DNA of 64,000 nt from positions 1 through 64,000 of IMG/VR virus record IMGVR_UViG_3300049435_000050; one strand, given 5' to 3'. Positions 58,160 to 64,000 of the stretch are shown here, piece after piece. The notes under the pieces were generated by a model. The model was given only the letters and a program-made list of their open reading frames with translations. It did not search any database and was not told where the DNA came from. Numbering within the stretch: position 1 is the first letter of the stretch; each line of letters starts with the position of its first letter. Position numbers and translations under genes: made by a program. The stretch is from a virus.

Positions 58160-59482
58160 CTATTTTAAAACACTATAATCCCACCTTACCACGCCTGAAA
58201 GCCCTGACGGATATACCACATCAAAAGTAGTAGTCGTTTTATTCGTTACATAAAAACCTGCAACCGCATTTGACGAAGTAGGCGTTATCTGTACCTTGTA
58301 AGTGTTGTTTGGTTGTGTTGAGCCTATGGTAACTGTAAAAGTCGTTGTAGCTGAACCAAAACCATTGTAACTACCTGATATTACCCTTGCGTCAACATAT
58401 CTTTTACTTGTCTTGGTTTCGTTGGTATACGTAGATGAATAATCCTGATCGTACTGGTCTAGGCCGAAAGTCCTTAGTGCAAAGCTTGATATGCCTGAAT
58501 AGCTTGTTATAGCCGATACGTGTATAGAAAAGCCTGTACCTATAGGGTTGCCGTTAATATCGGTTACCGCAGCGCCAAGCACGTCCCCTACCGTATAGTT
58601 CACACCGGGATTTAAAAGCGATACAGCCGTTATAGCGCCCCCTGTGGAGGTTAATTGAGCCATACCACCTGACCCTGTGCCACCTGTCAGCAGGGCGTTG
58701 TAAACAGAAGTACCGTAGCCACTTCCGCCTGCCAAGGTATTGAGTCCGGAAATGATCGACACGCCAAATACCGGACGCACATCTAAACCGACAAGTATAT
58801 CACCATTGGCGATAGGCTGTAGAATATCCTGCTGTAACTCTCCCCTTGCGCTTCCTGCTGATGCTTTTATGTAGGAGTTCTTATTTACAAACCCGTTATA
58901 GCCTACCGATAACCAATCGTTATTAGCAACACCCCTTACATTTAAGATATTGGCGGTATTGGTATTGATGAAGTTCTGTACGTTAAGCACCGCGTGTCCG
59001 TCTGCTACCGACCTGCTGATATACACTCCTGTTGTGGATGTGGCTATCTGTGCATTGGCACCTGTAAGAAGGTTACTCATGCCCGCTGCATGGAATTGAC
59101 CTCCTGCATCAAGGTTAGCTACCTGAACGTTATTTAACTTCCATTGCTGTGGGTTAGCCGAGCCGGTTTGATTAAGGATGAAATTAAAGCCTGCAAGGTT
59201 AGTTGTGGTGTTTTGTGAGAGTGTACCACCCATGCCGATATTAATGCTTCCTGTAAGCCCATTAACGCCTGTAGCGGAACTACCACCGCCTGTTGGGATG
59301 GTGTCTTTCTTGATATTGCCTGCGGTGTCTACTGTTACCATCATATCCCCCAAAGCAGGGCTATGAGGTACGGTCTTTACCTTTAGCTTATCTGGTATAG
59401 TAGTTGTTTGTGCTTGTGATACTGTTGCCCATAGCAGACAGATTACAATTAAGTATTTGGCACGTATGTTTGTAAATCCCAT
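58160..59482 (-). CDS. Fibre/spike-like protein with Sec signal peptide
   Basis: 'KYLIVICLLWATVSQA|Q'; 'GGSGY...LTGGTGSG......GGAITAV.L.NPG.NYTVGD.L' motif. Confidence 0.75.
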   Translation of the reverse strand: MGFTNIRAKYLIVICLLWATVSQAQTTTIPDKLKVKTVPHSPALGDMMVTVDTAGNIKKDTIPTGGGSSATGVNGLTGSINIGMGGTLSQNTTTNLAGFNFILNQTGSANPQQWKLNNVQVANLDAGGQFHAAGMSNLLTGANAQIATSTTGVYISRSVADGHAVLNVQNFINTNTANILNVRGVANNDWLSVGYNGFVNKNSYIKASAGSARGELQQDILQPIANGDILVGLDVRPVFGVSIISGLNTLAGGSGYGTSVYNALLTGGTGSGGMAQLTSTGGAITAVSLLNPGVNYTVGDVLGAAVTDINGNPIGTGFSIHVSAITSYSGISSFALRTFGLDQYDQDYSSTYTNETKTSKRYVDARVISGSYNGFGSATTTFTVTIGSTQPNNTYKVQITPTSSNAVAGFYVTNKTTTTFDVVYPSGLSGVVRWDYSVLK

Positions 59483-60234
59483 TGTCCTGTAGGTGAGTTG
59501 TCAAGTTTAAGATATTTAGCGGGTACGTTAGGCAATAAGATAAGCTGTCCCCAAAGTGCGCCCGGATATAGCCCGTTTAATGTAGCGTCATCCAAAAGAA
59601 CCGCGCTATTGTTTGTTATTGGAAGTGCCACTATATTCGCTCCCTGTGGTACAAATCCTGTAATTTGAATATATCCCGTTGTAGGAATACCAAATGTCCA
59701 AGTGTAACTGTCTGGCTTGTTAATGTCCCCACCCAAGTTTACTATCGTTGGCACTGTTCCTGTATCTTCCTGCATGGTAGCGTAGTCGTCTACCGTAACA
59801 AATAGCTGAACAATAGCATTGTCGCCATATTTGGCAATGTAAGTTGCCTGGAAGTTACTTAACGATGCAGTGAATACGCCACCACCCTCACCAAACTTGA
59901 TGCGGTCGTAGTTAGCCTGTGCGTTTAGTACCGTAGTAATATCTATCGTAGTTTCTGGCACTTGTGCGTTAGGGTCGAAAGCGATACCGCCTGCCCATGT
60001 TGAGCCAATATCAAGTAACTGGTTATAAATATCTACCGATGCTACCGATGAAAAGTCGGCTACCCTTAATGAAAAGAAGCCTGACTTTATCTTTAAATCC
60101 TGACAAGATGCCGTGTTCCACTTTACCACACATCCTAAAGCCTCACGTGCCCGTATGGTTTGTACCAAAGCGGCATTAGCCCGTGATGCGGTATATACAA
60201 CGTCACTATATTGCTGCTGGCTCAACATCCGCAT
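59449..60234 (-). CDS. Putative virion structural protein
   Basis: 261 aa; no signal peptide; upstream of fibre genes. Confidence 0.55.
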   Translation of the reverse strand: MRMLSQQQYSDVVYTASRANAALVQTIRAREALGCVVKWNTASCQDLKIKSGFFSLRVADFSSVASVDIYNQLLDIGSTWAGGIAFDPNAQVPETTIDITTVLNAQANYDRIKFGEGGGVFTASLSNFQATYIAKYGDNAIVQLFVTVDDYATMQEDTGTVPTIVNLGGDINKPDSYTWTFGIPTTGYIQITGFVPQGANIVALPITNNSAVLLDDATLNGLYPGALWGQLILLPNVPAKYLKLDNSPTGQWDLQTYVPNT

Positions 60235-60719
60235 TCCTCCGAATTAATCAGTGTATTAGCGTCATCTATAGCATTCTGTGCTTCCGATGGTACGTTGAAC
60301 AGGGTTGCTGTCACTGACTCGCTATGTGCCAAGTCGGCCTTTACTGCAGCGTTACAAAGTTTGTGGCAAGTACAACAGCGTAGCTTTCGTGATACTTCCC
60401 TTGCTACGTTATTGTAGAAGTTATCCATTAAGGCATTTTCTGTACCTGTTCTTACTGAACCGCCTGCTAAAGTGAATGACAGGACATTATGTAAATAATA
60501 ATCTTTAGTAATGGTTATTTCTGCTGTTAATGACGAAGGGGCAAATGTTATCGTTTCTATATCGTTACCCAACCCGTCAGTGATGGTATCAGTACGTTCC
60601 CCTATATTACCAAGAGTTACCGAATCACTGTTGTCCGAATAATTCGAAGTATCTGTTATTACGACAATCGACCCATCGGCAGATTGGGATAATGATACGG
60701 AAGGTTGGAAAACTGGCAT
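60222..60719 (-). CDS. Putative virion structural protein (Cys-rich C-terminus)
   Basis: 'ITDTSNY', 'RCCTCHKLC', 'ECGC'. Confidence 0.55.
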   Translation of the reverse strand: MPVFQPSVSLSQSADGSIVVITDTSNYSDNSDSVTLGNIGERTDTITDGLGNDIETITFAPSSLTAEITITKDYYLHNVLSFTLAGGSVRTGTENALMDNFYNNVAREVSRKLRCCTCHKLCNAAVKADLAHSESVTATLFNVPSEAQNAIDDANTLINSEECGC

Positions 60720-60755
60720 GTCTGTTTATGTTTTGATAAATATAAATATTATTTT

Positions 60756-63700
60756 TCAATGTTTCTTTTTGTTCTCCGGTGCATTGGCATCATATTCACC
60801 TACCCTGAACCCTGTAGAGCCGGAAATAGCACCTGACATTATCCCGTTTATCACATTGTCAAGAGTCATTTTATGCGCACCATGATCCAACGCTGATTTA
60901 TAGGCCACACTTGCGGCCTCCGCAACAGGTAATGGTGCTTTATTCCATGCGTATTCTCCCCACGTTAATTTATGAGCATACCCACTTGGCTTGTCGTGCC
61001 TGTACGGCATAATATTACCACTAAAGTCCTGACCGCTGAAAAAATCTGCTGCTGTCCCGTATAATGGCGCTAATTTACCCCTTGCATATCCGCCCACGTC
61101 TTTACCCAATGCCTTGACCCCATTATCGCCGTGTAATTCTTGTTTGCTTTGAAAAGGTATACTGCCAATGGTACGCATAAACAACGCAGCACCACGCATA
61201 CCCGATGTTGGGTCAATCGTAACATTACCGAACTTAAACTTCATAAAGTCAGGTTTTTTAGGATTGGTAAAGTTAACAGGGTTCTTTGGGTTGGCATTAT
61301 TTTGTATAGCTGAATTAGCAAGCAACAACGCGCTATATGTAGCTAACTGTTCGCCTACCCTACGTGCCCATACCTTAGCAAATACCCTATCAGCAGCCGA
61401 TGCTTTGGACGGGGCGAATATTGTATTCAGCGCAGTCTGTGTAGCCTTTACAGGGCTTGCAGTGAGTTTCTCCCACCTTGCAGCTTCCATACCGCCTGCA
61501 AATGATGCTTCGTTAACCCAAGCAGGTATTTTAACGTTCGTAGCGCCGGTAGCCAGATTAACTAAATTAGCCACACTTTTTGCCACATTTGGATCATCGC
61601 GTTCAGCCGGAGTAAGTTTATTAAAATGGTAATCAAATAAATCCTGCCTTAATACCTTTATGGCATTAAATCCTCTCTCTCCCGCCAACCCAAGTTTACC
61701 TAAGAAATGTTGACTCTTTTGATATTCCTCTGTGTTGATACGTGCAGGATTATTTTTTAATCCTGCACGTTGAGCAATCAAATAGTTGGGACTATTCTTT
61801 AGTTCCTCCAAAGAACGCTGATAGTTTCCTTCATTGCCATAAGCAAATTTCCATCCCCTGAAAAAAGCAGGTATGGTCTTATTCCACATAGAGGGGTTAA
61901 ATGCCGTCATGCCTGCGTGAGTACCAACGAATATACCACCGTGACCAAATACTGCCACGCCCCTGAATAATCCTGATACTTTTTGCAAGGCTTTGCCAAG
62001 TGCTGATTTGTTTTGATCGCCTATCCAGTTTTTTATGCCTACCCTATTACGCGCTAAATCAGACTGTCTTTTCCACATCTCATCGGAAACACGTTTTAGC
62101 TTTGGCGTAGTAATAGCCTCGCTTACCTGCCTCCATGATAGCCCCAAATCTTCGGATGTCTTTGACAATGCATCACGGTATGAAGTACCATTTTCAATAT
62201 AGGTCTGCTTCATATAGTTCCAAATGTCACGCGCTTCCTCCGTAGTGAACTTGTTGCCTTCCTTATCTACAAACCGTTCCTGTAGATCAGCCAAGTCGGT
62301 AGATCCACTTTTATCGTTATTAAAACGTTTAAACTCTTTCTCTGCTAATGCCTTTTTATTTTGTGGCAACGACTTATACCAATCCGATTCCTGTATATGT
62401 TTAATCCCTGCATCTATGGCATCAGCTACCTTACCGCCTGCCTCAATACTTTTTGCAGCAACCTCAATAGCGCCATCCCATACTAATGAAGCAGGTGTTG
62501 CTGAGCTGAATACCCCCGGCCTGCTGAGCTTGGCGTTCTTCCTTAGATTATCGGCTATCCGCTTTGCTTTCTGTGCCTTTGTTTCGTCCTTTGCTGCCTG
62601 CTCACCTGCCTTAAATGCTTTGTCAGTTTCCTCCATTAGTTTGGATTCGGCTTCCTGTAATTTAGTTTTGAGGGTTTCATTTTCCGAAGTAAGGGTTTTC
62701 ACTTTCTTTTCCTGGCCCTCTGTCAACGGCTTACCTGTTAGTTTTTCTACCTGACTTTTTACGTTGGCATAATCCAGTTCAGCATTCTGATATTCATGGG
62801 CAAGCTGTCCGTTGAACTCACCCCCTAAATAGCCTTTTTTCTCCATTAAGGCAATAATATCGGCTTGCTTTTTGGCAAGAGCATCTCGCTCATCACTTCC
62901 TTCGGGAAGGTTACTCATTTCACGGATATTACGTATCTGTAACTGTGCTAAGATAGATGCAGCCATACCACCTTCAATATCGCCGTTTTCTACAGCCATG
63001 TGCGCTGCTTCTTCGCCAAACTTATTTATAAAGTCGGTAGCCTGTTTTGAGCGTTCTTCCTGTGTAAACGATTGGCGTGTAAGTCCTTTTTCTTCAAGGT
63101 ATTTCTTTACGTCAGGCTGTATATCCCCTTCGTAAGCGCGTTTAGTAAGGATAGTTTTCTTTACTTCACTACCACCTTCCTGTGTTGGTTCTTCAACCAC
63201 ACCGTTAATATCCCCATCCAGTTTTTTACGTACATCTTCTTCTTTCAGTTCAGGATGAGCATTCATAATATGCTTTACTCCTTCGTTGATAGCATCGGCA
63301 AGTTCTCCGCCTTTTTCAATGACGGTAGCAATTGTTTCTAAAGCACCATCCCATGTGGCTACGGCAATGCCTTCCAAGCCACCATGGAGCTGTGAACGGT
63401 CTGATTTAAGCGCACGTATCTTATCTGCAAGGGTTTTGGCTTTATCGGCTACTTTTGGTTCTGCTCCTTGTGTAACCGCACTGCCTGTATCTTGTGGAAA
63501 TTCATCCTTATAATGTATTTTTTTAGGGTCTAAAACGACTATTTCATTATCGTATGTGTGGCTATTTTTATCTATGATGGCATCATATCCTAATTCTTTT
63601 GCTGCTTCTGAATAGTATTTTACAGGCAATCTTTCACCTAACTCATTTCCATCAACTGGCATTGTTTCTTTACCGTTTTTATTGACATACCATTCGTTTT

Positions 63701-64000
63701 CAGGATCGTAGGTGAGGTTTTCTTTATTCCAGTTTTTAGCGGCTAAATCACGAACCTTTGTTTCATCTGCGCTGTCTGTATATAATGGTTTTTCAATTGA
63801 CAAATTAACTTTAGTAAGTTCTTTTCCAAACTCATTTATAACCAAATCCTTATTCGTAGAAAAATAAGTCCCTTTACCGAATTGAGGCGCTTCTCCTTCG
63901 CGTAATTGGCCTACTCTTTTAGTTGGAGAGGCATGATAAAATTCATCCTGTTCACCTAATTTAAAAAGGTTTATCGGCTTTTCTTCTGGCTGTGCATTTT
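60756..64000 (-). CDS. Large ejection/polyvalent-type protein with ADP-ribosyltransferase domain; start lies beyond the window
   Basis: Frame stays open from 63845 to the edge (..EFYHASPTK..QFGKGTYFSTNKDLV..); >1080 aa, mostly helical. Confidence 0.8.
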   Translation of the reverse strand, partial: NAQPEEKPINLFKLGEQDEFYHASPTKRVGQLREGEAPQFGKGTYFSTNKDLVINEFGKELTKVNLSIEKPLYTDSADETKVRDLAAKNWNKENLTYDPENEWYVNKNGKETMPVDGNELGERLPVKYYSEAAKELGYDAIIDKNSHTYDNEIVVLDPKKIHYKDEFPQDTGSAVTQGAEPKVADKAKTLADKIRALKSDRSQLHGGLEGIAVATWDGALETIATVIEKGGELADAINEGVKHIMNAHPELKEEDVRKKLDGDINGVVEEPTQEGGSEVKKTILTKRAYEGDIQPDVKKYLEEKGLTRQSFTQEERSKQATDFINKFGEEAAHMAVENGDIEGGMAASILAQLQIRNIREMSNLPEGSDERDALAKKQADIIALMEKKGYLGGEFNGQLAHEYQNAELDYANVKSQVEKLTGKPLTEGQEKKVKTLTSENETLKTKLQEAESKLMEETDKAFKAGEQAAKDETKAQKAKRIADNLRKNAKLSRPGVFSSATPASLVWDGAIEVAAKSIEAGGKVADAIDAGIKHIQESDWYKSLPQNKKALAEKEFKRFNNDKSGSTDLADLQERFVDKEGNKFTTEEARDIWNYMKQTYIENGTSYRDALSKTSEDLGLSWRQVSEAITTPKLKRVSDEMWKRQSDLARNRVGIKNWIGDQNKSALGKALQKVSGLFRGVAVFGHGGIFVGTHAGMTAFNPSMWNKTIPAFFRGWKFAYGNEGNYQRSLEELKNSPNYLIAQRAGLKNNPARINTEEYQKSQHFLGKLGLAGERGFNAIKVLRQDLFDYHFNKLTPAERDDPNVAKSVANLVNLATGATNVKIPAWVNEASFAGGMEAARWEKLTASPVKATQTALNTIFAPSKASAADRVFAKVWARRVGEQLATYSALLLANSAIQNNANPKNPVNFTNPKKPDFMKFKFGNVTIDPTSGMRGAALFMRTIGSIPFQSKQELHGDNGVKALGKDVGGYARGKLAPLYGTAADFFSGQDFSGNIMPYRHDKPSGYAHKLTWGEYAWNKAPLPVAEAASVAYKSALDHGAHKMTLDNVINGIMSGAISGSTGFRVGEYDANAPENKKKH

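Noticed and set aside
49156-59482. Diversity-generating retroelement targeting fibres
   Set aside because: No reverse transcriptase and no adenine-mismatched repeat pair noticed by eye; not excluded outside the window
1-64000. Stop-codon reassignment as in some crAss-like phages
   Set aside because: Long ORFs are intact in code 11, and TAA, TAG and TGA all terminate well-packed genes
1-64000. Firm assignment to Crassvirales, or to an integrated prophage
   Set aside because: Structural gene order is similar, but no RNA/DNA polymerase, integrase, att site or host genes appear in the window; needs TerL/MCP phylogeny

Overview
This is a 64-kb piece of a Bacteroidetes dsDNA phage genome with podovirus-like gene order and distant resemblance to crAss-like/flavobacterial phages. 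The host assignment is inferred from TAnnTTTG promoters, SD-less A-rich starts and Gln-after-signal-peptide proteins. There are three transcription blocks. (i) Minus strand, 27.6 kb to 1: RepL-like and O-like replication genes, primase-helicase, a glycosyltransferase/methyltransferase cluster, terminase, portal, scaffold, major capsid and tail ring/stabiliser genes, interrupted by small plus-strand islands. (ii) Plus strand, 28-48 kb: early/middle genes, including a TSD-flanked, internally deleted IS1595-family element carrying a tRNA-like RNA. (iii) Minus strand, 64 kb to 48.1 kb: a large ejection-type protein with an ADP-ribosyltransferase domain, a fibre/adhesin module and lysis genes. The most unusual signal is that the four large fibre/adhesin-like proteins all carry Sec signal peptides followed by Gln, and two of them are rich in the Bacteroidetes O-glycosylation sequon D-[ST]-[AILVMT]. 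This suggests appendages matured in the host periplasm. No integrase, DNA/RNA polymerase, reverse transcriptase or CRISPR array is visible. All calls are from reading motifs by eye; no searches were run.
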